A stretch of DNA of 62,607 bases, filler included, from Platydemus manokwari (lineage: Eukaryota), in NCBI GenBank assembly GCA_037951405.1. It is 5 parts of 5 records of this genome, joined end to end, with 100 filler letters (N's around TTAATTAATTAA, not from the genome) between each part and the next. Parts side by side here need not be neighbours in the genome. Positions count along the whole stretch, not along the records: positions 1 to 10,025 come from JBBMOY011177988.1; positions 10,126 to 23,950 come from JBBMOY011605852.1; 3 more parts are not named here. One strand, 5' to 3'. The position numbers and the translations under genes were made by a program. Below the pieces are notes generated by a model that saw nothing but the letters and a program-made list of their open reading frames with translations, did not search any database and was not told the origin of the DNA. Of this stretch, positions 1 to 10,298 are shown in pieces. How positions within the stretch are numbered: position 1 is the first letter of the stretch; every line of letters starts with the position of its first letter.

Positions 1-1
1 T

Positions 2-76
2 CAAGCACAAGAAGAACTTGCGGAATCATTGGGTGTGACTCAAGCAGCCATTTCCATGCGCCTAAACGCATTGGGA
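2..76 (+). mobile_element. Mariner (Mos1-like) transposase fragment, HTH region; truncated by window edge and an early stop
   Basis: Manual translation QAQEELAESLGVTQAAISMRLNALG resembles the mariner segment QTQxxLAExLxVxQxAISxRLxxLG. The frame closes at TAT TGA right after. Confidence 0.75.
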
Positions 77-1675
77 TATTGATACAATACACACCGATAA
101 ATAATTAATGTCAATGTTACTGTCTGTATAAGCTCATTCTCAGAAGAATTTTCCAGATCCCCAGATCCCAGCCTTTCGAGTTTCGAGTGACTGCTCAAAA
201 GCAAAATTTTATTTCTTATTTCATTCTTGTATTTTAAAATAATGCAATTTGAAATACTTTTTTCAAGTTGTAGAAGAATTAAATTAGAAATATTGATAAA
301 TTAAAACAAAAATTAATAATTTATGTTACTTATTAAGTTCAAACCCAATGCTCTATATTATGAAAGGCACCATCTCAGATAAAATTGATTTGAAAGGTCG
401 CCGCTTTCGAGAAAATAGGATTAATCTAATCTGAGAAAACTCTAATTAATTTTATCCAAGTAGTTGTCTGCTTTATGCTCTAATTTTGCGATCCTGAGTT
501 CAGAAAACTACCTTTAAATTCGATCTATCCCTTTGATTAACATATTTCCTTCTCATTCATATCAATAATTAACTCCAAGCTACCGACTTTCACGATATCA
601 ATGTATTATAGTATAAAATTAATATTTACACGCATATTTATTTATATGATTTGTTTTAACGAAATAAAATTTGTTTGCAGATCAAAGAAATTGTATATAT
701 ATTTAACAATATAATTGCTGCTATCATTAATAATTAAATTAATAATAAATCAGTGAAACTCGTATAAAGAATTCATATTTTTTAAATCTCCACAAGAATG
801 TCAAGAAACTCGTAGATCGATAATTTTATCAATTATGTTTTCAAGGTTAATTTTAAATCAACCTTTTATTAGAAGACCTTTTTTACATTTTTATAATTTT
901 ATATTTTTAATTAATATTTAAAAATTTAAAATACTTTTATAATTAAGAATTTTAATAATTTTGTGCCATATTGATGAAAGATTATAAACAAAAATGATAC
1001 GACACAAACCATAATAGTATTTTAAAAGGCTTTACCGTAAATATAATATGATTGATTATTTGGCATTACAAAAACAAAACAAATAATTAAATCTATAAAG
1101 CTTTTGAAATAGGAAAACCAGTGAAGGAAAATTACAATGGACTTGAAAATAACAACTCTGTACTAAGCAAGAAAAGGCACACATCGACAATGCAAATATT
1201 GATTAAAACAAATATGAAGAAAAATTGAATTCCATCATTATTAGCTCATAAATCAATTGGTGATGTTATTTTGTGTTCATCACCTGACATTTGTGTAGTG
1301 CTAATCTTTGTCGAGATTAGTATCATTTCCTAGGAATGCTTATGTAATACAAACTTCCGACTGCTTCGATTGATGTAGATTTGAGATACTCACGTGGAAA
1401 CGGCTCATAAAATTGTTTTACTCGAGTTTAAAATGTGTTACTCATCAATCTGAATAAAGTGAAAATAAAAACAGGTCTGATAATGAACGTAATGAAATTC
1501 GATAACAGTGAGCACATAATTGATGCTTGTTGTCATAGTTACTTTCAAAACATTTATGAAACCATTGCTTTAACAAACAATAATAACAATTATATTTGGG
1601 TTCCTTGATAATACGCACATTGGTAGCACATGACGAAGCATAATACTTTGTCGTTCTCAAAAAATATGGAACATT

Positions 1676-1842
1676 AACTGCCGATATTTTTATAAACACG
1701 CATCGAAAACCAATTGAAAAGTGATGACATCAAATTATGTTTAAATACTGTCATTTAAACAATTTAATTTAATTTTCTATAAAATTAAATTTTATAAAAA
1801 ATAAAATATTCAAAAATATTAATTCCATTTAAAATGCTCACA
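1676..1842 (+). repeat. Dispersed repeat family, copy 1 (other copies ~2122-2280 +, ~47160-47285 -, ~57620-57700 +)
   Basis: Shared core 'tttttataaa(a)cacgcatcgaaaac.aa.tgaaaagt.a.ga.atcaaat...tttaaaatgctcaca' at 1688-1842 and 2144-2276. A reverse-complement copy lies at 47211-47285. Confidence 0.7.
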
Positions 1843-2121
1843 TCAGCCTTTCTTTAAAATCTTTGATTTTCTTGTTACTCATAATTGACACTATATCGAA
1901 TGATCACATATTTAATTACATAAACAACTCTGGTTCTTCGATCTGTTTCATATTGGTTTTATATCTTCTTTATGTCTCCTTTATATTTTCTCTACATCTT
2001 TATATCTTCTCAATATCTTCTTAAATCTTCTTTGAATAATCTCTATATAGTCTTAACATCTTCCGCCTTTTTTCCATAATTTTCAGTCATTAATCTTATC
2101 AAAATCGAATACTAATGTGTG

Positions 2122-2280
2122 GTCGCTATGTCAGCGGCTACTATTTTTATAAAACACGCATCGAAAACGAACTGAAAAGTCACGATATCAAATCATATTT
2201 AAATTAGTTAAACAAGTAAATTTGATTTTATATGAGAAAAAATTAAAAATGTTTAATTTAATTTAAAATGCTCACAGCGG
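2122..2280 (+). repeat. Dispersed repeat family, copy 2
   Basis: Aligns by eye with 1676-1842 and with the reverse complement of 47200-47285 (gcggctactattt / gccgctactattt). Confidence 0.7.
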
Positions 2281-2548
2281 GAATTTCAAATTAGAGGAAA
2301 ATTTCGAACACTGCGGCTCACTTAATTGTTTGTAAGGATATATATTTATGTATATGCGTGTTTGAAAGAAATGAAAAAAAAAGAAAGAACATCGAACAAA
2401 TCATCGAAATTTCTGATCAATAACGATATAATTAAAAGTTTATTTTCAACAAAACATTGATTACTTTAAATTTTTGTAATATTTTCGAGTATCAAAAATC
2501 ACCGATCATTTATATAAATAAATATTTCGAGATAAGAAAATAGAAATA

Positions 2549-2739
2549 CTGTAAAATCCCGAGGATAAGCTGCAGATGACATTTTTTTGAGGAGTGTGAA
2601 GTTGAAAATTGAAACAAATAATCTTATCTTCGATTTGAATTGTTTTTTAGTTGTTTAAGCTGCACATCATATTAGCTGCAATTCAAAAATGTTGCCGTTA
2701 CGGACGTATTAGCTACAGCTTATACTCGGGATTTTACAG
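2549..2739. mobile_element. 191-bp MITE, Tc1/mariner superfamily (Tc2/pogo-like termini), TA target duplication
   Basis: TIRs ctgtaaaatcccgaggataagctgca and tacagcttatactcgggattttacag (24/26 inverted match). TA is present at 2547-2548 and 2740-2741. Confidence 0.85.
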
Positions 2740-3567
2740 TATTATTGAATGACCTACTAGTATTACTGAATAACTCACATCATTCAATTATAGAAAAACA
2801 ATCAATGATAAAAATTGCCTTACATTTTCATTTCAGATCAGAAAATTTCCCCATGGAGATGGGTTTTATTATTGTTTCACAAATGTATTCTGTTTCTGTA
2901 TTTCAGCCTGGTAATTCATGAAGTACGGGGTGACTGCGGAACAAGAAGATCAGAAAAAAGTAAAGTACACAGTAAACATATTCATGCCTGTGGAAATCGA
3001 TTATGATTTAAACAATTTTGACTATGAAAACAAGTATTTCTGACTTTGAGTGTGTAACGAGAAATTTTTATGTTTTGTAATAAATCTTTGCACCTTCACT
3101 GTGCACAAAGCTCTGCACGTGGAGTAAACACGTGTGATAACACAAATTATAAAAATTGAAAGAAAATAAAACCTGAATAAAATAAAATTATCAATTAATT
3201 ATATATAATCGATAACAAATCAATATTAGTTAATTATTATATTATATTTTTATTGAATTATCGATGAAATATTAAAAATCATTATACAATTTTTAATAAA
3301 CACATATGGAAGTTAATTGTATAATTAATTAAATGGAATTTTATCATCATTACATTATAATTTAGTTGGCTAATTAAAACTAAAATGATATTAATTGATT
3401 TGAAGATTTTAATGATCTCGCTAATTAATAACAACAACTTAATCATATCGATCGTTTGTGTTCAAAATGATTCACAATTCATAAATCAGTAACATTTTAC
3501 CAGGTTTTAATGGTGACCCATTATGATAATGGATATGAGGTTCCATTAAGATAATTGAATGAAGATT

Positions 3568-3577
3568 TATATAAATA
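3568..3577 (+). promoter_or_regulatory. TATA box of the 3605 ORF
   Basis: TATATAAATA lies ~30 nt upstream of a TCAAAA(ATG) context. The AT-rich background lowers certainty. Confidence 0.45.
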
Positions 3578-3604
3578 GTTGGAGTAAAATGTGAATAAAT
3601 CAAA

Positions 3605-4609
3605 ATGAAAATCGATGTGATTTTATTGTTATGCCATTTTATGGCGATTCTAATAGTCGATTTAGTAGTGGAAGGATCCGAGGATGATAATATTGAAGTA
3701 TTGAATGAATCTGGAAAAGAAATTCAATCTGAAGACAAAAATGAAAAAGTCGAGAAACTCGCAAACGAAATCAAAAGATTGCAACATCAATTGAAAAAAT
3801 TAAAAAAGGATTTGGGTAAAAACGACGTAAGGAAAGAAATTCGCAAGGGAGGTAATAAACATCTGATAGAACCGAATAACATTGAGAGGTTTAAAGAAAA
3901 TTTGGAAAAAATGAAAAAATATCATAAGAAAAAAGTTTCAAGTGACCAGCAAATTCAAATTCAGAAACTCGATGATGACATGAAGCGACCACGTAATGAA
4001 CTTATCGGCCAAGAAGGACATCCCGATATAAAAGAAGAAACGAAACAATCACGCAATGAAAATAACAAGCAAAGAGTAGATCCAGTTAAGAAGGAAGAAA
4101 TGAAACAACCACATCATGAACTTATCAAGCATAGAGTAGATCCCGTTAAGAAGGAAGAAATGAAACAATCACGTCATGAACTTATCAAGCAAAAAGTAGA
4201 TCTCGATAAGAAGGAAGAAATAAAACAACCACCCCATGAACTTATCAAGCAAAAAGTAGATCCCGATAAGAACGAAGAAATGAGAGAAACACCTAAGAAA
4301 AAAGCCTATAAAGATATACGTGGATTTAAGAATAATACAAGGTGTGGTAAAAAATTTTTTGAAAGATTTAAACAACATTTGAAGAAAAGTCTACCTGGTG
4401 AGAAATACGAACTATTTAGAAAACTAGAAATGGAGATCCAACATTTATCTAAGCAACATAAAAAACTAAAAGATGACCCCAATAAAAAGGACGAAATGAA
4501 TGAAATTCGAAAGAAACTCCAACAAGCTTACAAAGCTAAAGGCGATTTTTTAAAAATGAATCTTTCAACAAAGAGCTGGAATGATCTGTTGAACATCACC
4601 AAAGCTTGA
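3605..4609 (+). CDS. Intronless 334-aa secreted, highly charged (K/E-rich) helical protein with ~5.5 tandem 20-aa repeats; no recognisable family
   Basis: 1005-nt ORF in very AT-rich DNA. Hydrophobic N-terminus MKIDVILLLCHFMAILIVDLVVEG looks like a signal peptide. There is 60-nt periodicity at 3961-4290, an upstream TATA, and AATAAA at 4610 and 4627. Confidence 0.8.
   Translation: MKIDVILLLCHFMAILIVDLVVEGSEDDNIEVLNESGKEIQSEDKNEKVEKLANEIKRLQHQLKKLKKDLGKNDVRKEIRKGGNKHLIEPNNIERFKENLEKMKKYHKKKVSSDQQIQIQKLDDDMKRPRNELIGQEGHPDIKEETKQSRNENNKQRVDPVKKEEMKQPHHELIKHRVDPVKKEEMKQSRHELIKQKVDLDKKEEIKQPPHELIKQKVDPDKNEEMRETPKKKAYKDIRGFKNNTRCGKKFFERFKQHLKKSLPGEKYELFRKLEMEIQHLSKQHKKLKDDPNKKDEMNEIRKKLQQAYKAKGDFLKMNLSTKSWNDLLNITKA
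3961..4290 (+). repeat. Coding minisatellite, 60-bp unit (consensus EEMKQP/SRHELIKQKVDPDKK)
   Basis: Successive 60-nt lines 3961, 4021, 4081, 4141, 4201 and 4261 align without gaps. Confidence 0.95.
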
Positions 4610-5569
4610 AATAAAATAATTTGATCAATAAAACAAAATGTATTGCTTAGTCTTGCAGTAATTGTATCTGAGTTGTTATTAATTTTATTTCGAAAGGTTG
4701 TGTGAATCATTNNNNNNNNNNNNNNNNNNNNNNNNNNNNNNNNNNNNNNNNNNNNNNNNNNNNNNNNNNNNNNNNNNNNNNNNNNNNNNNNNNNNNNNNN
4801 NNNNNNNNNNNNNNNNNNNNNNNNNNNNNNNNNNNNNNNNNNNNNNNNNNNNNNNNNNCAATGATAAATATTACTGATATTATGTTATATTATATTAATT
4901 TATTAATAAATATAAAACGATATTATTTTTAATATTAGATTGTAATTGATGATTGTAACAAATGAGAGTAATTGATCACTACTGAAAAGATCTGTATTTT
5001 CAATTGTATCAGGCTATGTAGGTGAGAAGAGTAATTTTGTAAACAATAATATTAGAAATTAATTTGTTATGAGCTTCTAAAGTAACGAAAAATTTTAATT
5101 AAGTTAGGAGAATTATAATTCAAATGATCATTAATTATTAAGAAAATAGAAATTAAATATTATATTGTTATGTCATGAAATGATTAGTTAATTAAAACAT
5201 CATTTTATTTTTTGTAAAATTTTAAAATTTTAAAACAAATGCTTAAAATAATTTTAACTGAAAATTAAGAGACGTGAAACTGAGAAAACGAGGTAAAAGA
5301 CTAAGTAGGGTAAAAATACTTAAGCTAAATATGAATTCTGCAAAAAATTGAAAGAAATTAGATAACAAAACATTTTATTTTATAATTTAATGAAGGAGAA
5401 ATAAATTAATACTTTATTAGATAATTTGCTCATAAAATAAAATATTTGTTGCTTTAAATTATAAATAAGATGATATATATGAAATTTAGCATGTGTCGCC
5501 GGATGAAATGTGATATTTAAAGTAGAAATTAATTTGGTTAAAGTTAAGAAAAAGAGACCAAAAAATAAA

Positions 5570-5826
5570 ATATTAAATTTCCACAAACTACATAATTTAT
5601 TTAATTATATATAGAAACATTTTCACCATAAGAAGAATTTTAGTTGTTTGAAATTAAATATTAAAAATATTAGAAAAATACTCGCTATTTTTAACAATAT
5701 AAAGAAATTAAGAGACACTAAGGAAATCACGTAGTATCATATTATTAAATATGTCATGCGTTTTCTTAGCACAAATTTCAACTTCAAATCTTAAAAAATC
5801 ATGTAGAAGTGTTGTGATTTGAATGG
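5570..5826 (+). mobile_element. Old partial copy of the 54873-55472 MITE family, interrupted by a solo LTR
   Basis: Shares 'agaagaattttagttgttt.aaat.aaata', 'atattattaaatatgt' and 'agaagtgttgtgatt.gaatgg' with 35929-36517 and 54873-55472. The family sequence resumes at 6341 (ggaatttgattttaaa). Confidence 0.6.
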
Positions 5827-6340
5827 TGTTTAGAGAGACAAAATTTTCCAAACAATAAACGGGTTTGCACGTAGGAATCCTTGCTTTAGCAATTTAAACA
5901 TTTACATACAGACATGGAAATCAACCAATCACAGTTGAGTTAGATGGAAAGCTAAGTTAATTAGAAAAAGGGACATATCCACAAAACAAAACATACATAG
6001 GGAATGATCAATGTACATATACAAAAATCAATAACCCTAATAGAAACATAGAATAGTAAAAATCAAATCAAAATGTGATACAAGCTTGACAAAAATATTA
6101 CACAAAGATCTCGAGTATGAATACCAATGTATAAAAGTGATTAGCTACCAGTTGGAGTCCAAGTTTTGGTTACGTGTTTTGAATATTGTAATTAATTTGT
6201 GAGTCGTACTGATTAATACTTGTGCAGTTGAAAGTCAAGATTTGGTTGGAATTTTGTGATACTTTTTGAGTTGCACGTGAGTTAGAAATAAAGCTTATGG
6301 AGTCAGCAATTATTGGTTATTCAGAATCAAAATCTAAATA
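5827..6340 (+). mobile_element. Putative solo LTR (~514 bp)
   Basis: Ends TGTTTAG...CTAAATA (6/7 inverted). It contains CCAAT (~5925), TATAAAA (~6130) and AATAAA (~6287) in LTR order, and it splits a repeat that is contiguous elsewhere in the window. Confidence 0.6.
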
Positions 6341-6599
6341 GGAATTTGATTTTAAACGAAAGAAATTAAAATAAATTCGGAATCAATTTGAGATTATCAA
6401 AAGTTTTAAAAAATGATTATGGTGAAATATTTAGAAGAAAAGAAAGTAAAATTATTTTATTAATGTGTATATGATATGATTATGCATTTATGTACAGTTC
6501 TAATTGAGATATTATCCAAAAAGTTAGAGTAATTTTAAAACAGTAGCAATAATTTTCTAAATTGACTAATGATAAGTGAATGATGAAGATTAAGTTGAT

Positions 6600-8560
6600 A
6601 AATATTAAATTTTAATGGCTGATTTTGAAATGATATTTGACTTGAAAGTTTGAATATTGATTTATGGATTATGAAATTTTAGAGGTAACACATCAATGAA
6701 TTCTATTATTTAATGAAGAAGGAGAGTTAATAGACTTTGGGAAAAGATGGTAAAACTATCGGTGATGCCAAAGTGGCATTTTAATAATTATATAATTTTA
6801 ATCGGTAATTACCTGATGTTTTTAAGCTAAGTTAATCAATTTTTTAGTACTGAATGATGGGAAAGTATTTTTAACTATTTTATGAAATATTGTGAATCTA
6901 GATGGTGATGAAAAATTTAGCTTGAGGAAGAAGTTTATCTAATAATTTTTATAAGACGTTACTATTCAATTTTGCACGCACTGATAGACAACTGAAATTC
7001 ACTATATATATATTGACCTACAAACATTTAAACAATTTAATTTTTAATAGAAAATCGGATTATAACATCTTATAAATTTATGTTTCCAGCTTTAAAAGAA
7101 GAGATTTGATTATAAACATGAATTTGGATAATGACAAGTATTGAATAACATGTTTTAATTTCCCGCCTGATAATCTACAGCAAAAGAAATTATCAGTACG
7201 TAATTTTAAATCCAACTAGTTGATTTTAGTTTATTGTAAAGATTTTGTTTAAATGAAGAAGTTAATAAAGTTCAATAAAGTGATAAATCGAATAAAATAT
7301 GAAAGTGATAAGACAAGTGATTGCTTAGATAGGTGGTTGAGATGAGATACATCAGATAATATATTATAAATTGTTTCACGACTCGAAAATATTTTGTTGG
7401 AAAGGAGAAATAATTTCTTATAAATATGTATTTTAGAATTTAGTGCTAAACTTGATGTGTTTCGAAGTTGTTGAGATTGACTTGTTATTTATATCAGTCT
7501 CAGATTTTAATACGTTGAAGATCACTGTTGTCGTGATCAGTCTCAGTTGAGTTCTAATACAGCTCAAGATAAAATCTATTAAGCCTCATCGTTTCTTTAT
7601 TCACTTCGCTACGATTTATGGCAATTTATTTAGTATATCTTTCAGAATTTCTGAAGTGATTTTATTTATTTCATGATGGTAGTTTTTGCTTCCAGTGTTC
7701 CACTGCATAGATCATTTTGAATTTACTTATTAGAATTATCGACTGCTGCCATGATTCAGTTATCAATGATACCATCTATTTAAAAGAAGAGCCATATTCT
7801 GTTAAAATTGATTCCATTTCAATGTTTCCTCTCAATTTTTAAGACTGTTTCCAAAGCGACAATTCTTTATAAAATATTATCAAATAAAATAAATTGATCA
7901 AATTCAAAGTGATTAATTGAAAGAAATGACATCAAAACAGCTTATTTGACTGATAATGAATATCAATGATAAAATCATAATGAAGAGTTGGCTCGCAAAT
8001 ACAAAATGTTTGGAGAAGAACTATACTACTGATAAATGTAAAAAACATTAAAATTATTTTTTCAGAAGATAATAATATCAAGAAAGGGAAATGTTAACAA
8101 TAAAAGGCAATAACTAATGGAGCTTAAATAAAATATTTGCTTTTTTCGAGTGTAGGAGAAGGAATTTCATCAAAAACATGAATTGGTAAAGAAACCAATG
8201 TTAGAAAATATGTTATATTCTGTGTGGATATTTGATAACAATTCTTTATCTGAACTACAGATTCAGTAAGCTAAATAAATTTATTCCTACTCCTAGGATC
8301 AAAAAACATATTTCAAAAACAAAATATTTCGGTACATCAAATATGTAGTGACTTTTGCCTTAATTTTTTGCAGTTGACTTCTTTAATTATGGAGTTTATA
8401 TGCTTATTAAAAGTGTTGAGATTCGGCAGAAAAATTCAATTTCAATGAACTGTAACGATTTTGACAATCCAATTGTCTCATCTAACTGAAAAAATTAATT
8501 ATGCACGTCTTGGCTGTACAAGCACTTTATGTATAATGTAGCAATTTTGGCTTGATCATT
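6600..8560 (+). pseudogene. Heavily decayed Gypsy-like pol relic (protease / RNase H / integrase traces)
   Basis: Motif traces in Gypsy order amid many stops: ALID (~6978), VVFASS and IDH (~7677-7717), KYKMFGEELYY (~7996), FFECRR and FCVDI (~8140-8232), YFGT..SD (~8325-8353). Boundaries are approximate. Confidence 0.4.
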
Positions 8561-8857
8561 CAAGCAGCATTAGTTGTAACAATTACATTGATAAGCTTGA
8601 TAAATCAAGCGTTGTATTTTATTTTATCTTTTTAATTAAATATTGTCAAATCAAGCTTTCGGATAATTTATCTGAAAAGAAATAATTATAATAATAATTG
8701 TAATAATAATAATTCTTAAACGTTTAAAATAATAATAATCATATTAATATCTTTAAGGAATATGAGATGATAAATATAAATATATTTTATTATTTATATC
8801 ATCAAATGATTGCCAATTTTTATATTTTAAAATAAATGTATCCAATTTCTTCAATAA

Positions 8858-9134
8858 TGCGTGACGATTAATATCGTCCCCCGAATCGTACAAATAAGGG
8901 GCAAAACGTCACAATTTATTAAAGAACGAAAAAGAAACTGTTACAAAATCTCCAATTTGAAGTCTGTCGTACTGTTAATCGTTATTCGCGCGAAATCAAC
9001 ATCGATCCATATTTTCCAGAGCCATCATTTATATACCAAGCATATACCAATCAACATAAGTCCGATCATATATAAAAAACTGATCGTTATTATAGATTTC
9101 GTGCATATCTCATATTATAGAATTTTGTCTCACA
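8858..9134 (-). mobile_element. Possible short solo LTR
   Basis: The minus strand begins TGTGAG and ends GTCACGCA, with TATATAAA then AATAAA internally. No TSD was found. Confidence 0.3.
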
Positions 9135-10025
9135 TCCTTGTAGATGGTTTAGCTGCAAGAGCGTCCAGTTTATTAACCGTGTAACTTAACTTGAATCTTG
9201 ATAGGCATTTTCGAATAATTTTATATTTTGATTTAAACCATTTGCTATTGTAGTAATTTATAGTTGGTGTTAGTTGTCATTTTGGTGTCTATAAACATTT
9301 TGTAAAACCGAAGTGTTTGTTATTAATTGAGACTGATATTTGTTAAAATCGTTATAGCATCAAAATCGATAGATTATTGTTGCCGTTTGATATTGATATA
9401 TTCGCGAGGCGAATAAAGAATATAATAATTAAGGGTTCATTTGAACGTACCCAGGGCTTGATCAGAACCACGATTGACTGAATATGACAGCAGTGATCAA
9501 CATTAAATTAAAATTTAGCTTTTTGAGACTGATAAGATTAATAGGATTAAAACGTAAGCCTTAAACGCATCAAAATATGGCAACCATTTAAATTATCGGG
9601 CAACTTATATTGATTAACAACATCAGAGCTTGAGACCTTTAGAAAATGGATTTTAATGGGAAATTCTTGTCAATCTAATGACTATCAAATGTTTCCCAAT
9701 ACCATAGAAATACAAAAATATTGGAATAACACGAGTAATGGTAATAACAATAATAATGATAATAATAATCTAAATATTAAAAGAACATTGATCAAAATAG
9801 ATAGATAATTAAAAATGTTTTATTCTAACCATTCCAATTTTTTCAACTTTAAATCCATATTTTTATGATGTTTCTTTCAGCAGACTTATTTCTCGTATTT
9901 CCTGAAATGGAAAGCTATTGGTTGGCACATAAGAATTGTGAGATAGTTATTGAAATTATATTGGAAAATCTTAATGATATTCGAAAAGAAAATATTATTA
10001 CAAAAGAAATATATTCAAATAAAAT

Positions 10026-10125
10026 NNNNNNNNNNNNNNNNNNNNNNNNNNNNNNNNNNNNNNNNNNNNTTAATTAATTAANNNNNNNNNNNNNNNNNNN
10101 NNNNNNNNNNNNNNNNNNNNNNNNN
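10026..10125. other. Artificial contig joiner 44N-TTAATTAATTAA-44N (same at 23951-24050, 33610-33709, 52394-52493); plain N gap at 4712-4858
   Basis: The identical 100-bp structure occurs four times, and the 12-mer carries stops in all six frames. Confidence 0.97.
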
Positions 10126-10173
<48 letters not shown>

Positions 10174-10220
10174 GTAATAATAATAATAATTATTATTATT
10201 ATATTAATAATAATAATAAT
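10126..10220. repeat. (AAT)n / (ATT)n microsatellite
   Basis: Direct reading; it abuts the contig end. Confidence 0.95.
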
Positions 10221-10298
10221 CTCTGTAATAATTGAGGCATAATTAATTAATAATAAAGCCTAGAAATCCTTTATTGATGACAATAATTTCATTTTTAG

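Noticed and set aside
3961-4290. Regular 60-bp repeats as a CRISPR-like array
   Set aside because: The whole unit is repeated with no unique spacers, it lies in frame within a CDS, and the context is eukaryotic with no cas genes.
9865-10025. ORF DLFLVFPEMESYWLAHKN as an upstream TRPM exon
   Set aside because: It has splice-like edges but no recognisable TRPM similarity, and it is separated from the gene by a joiner.
10070-10081. TTAATTAATTAA palindrome as a biological motif
   Set aside because: It is always centred in 44N flanks, so it is an assembly linker.
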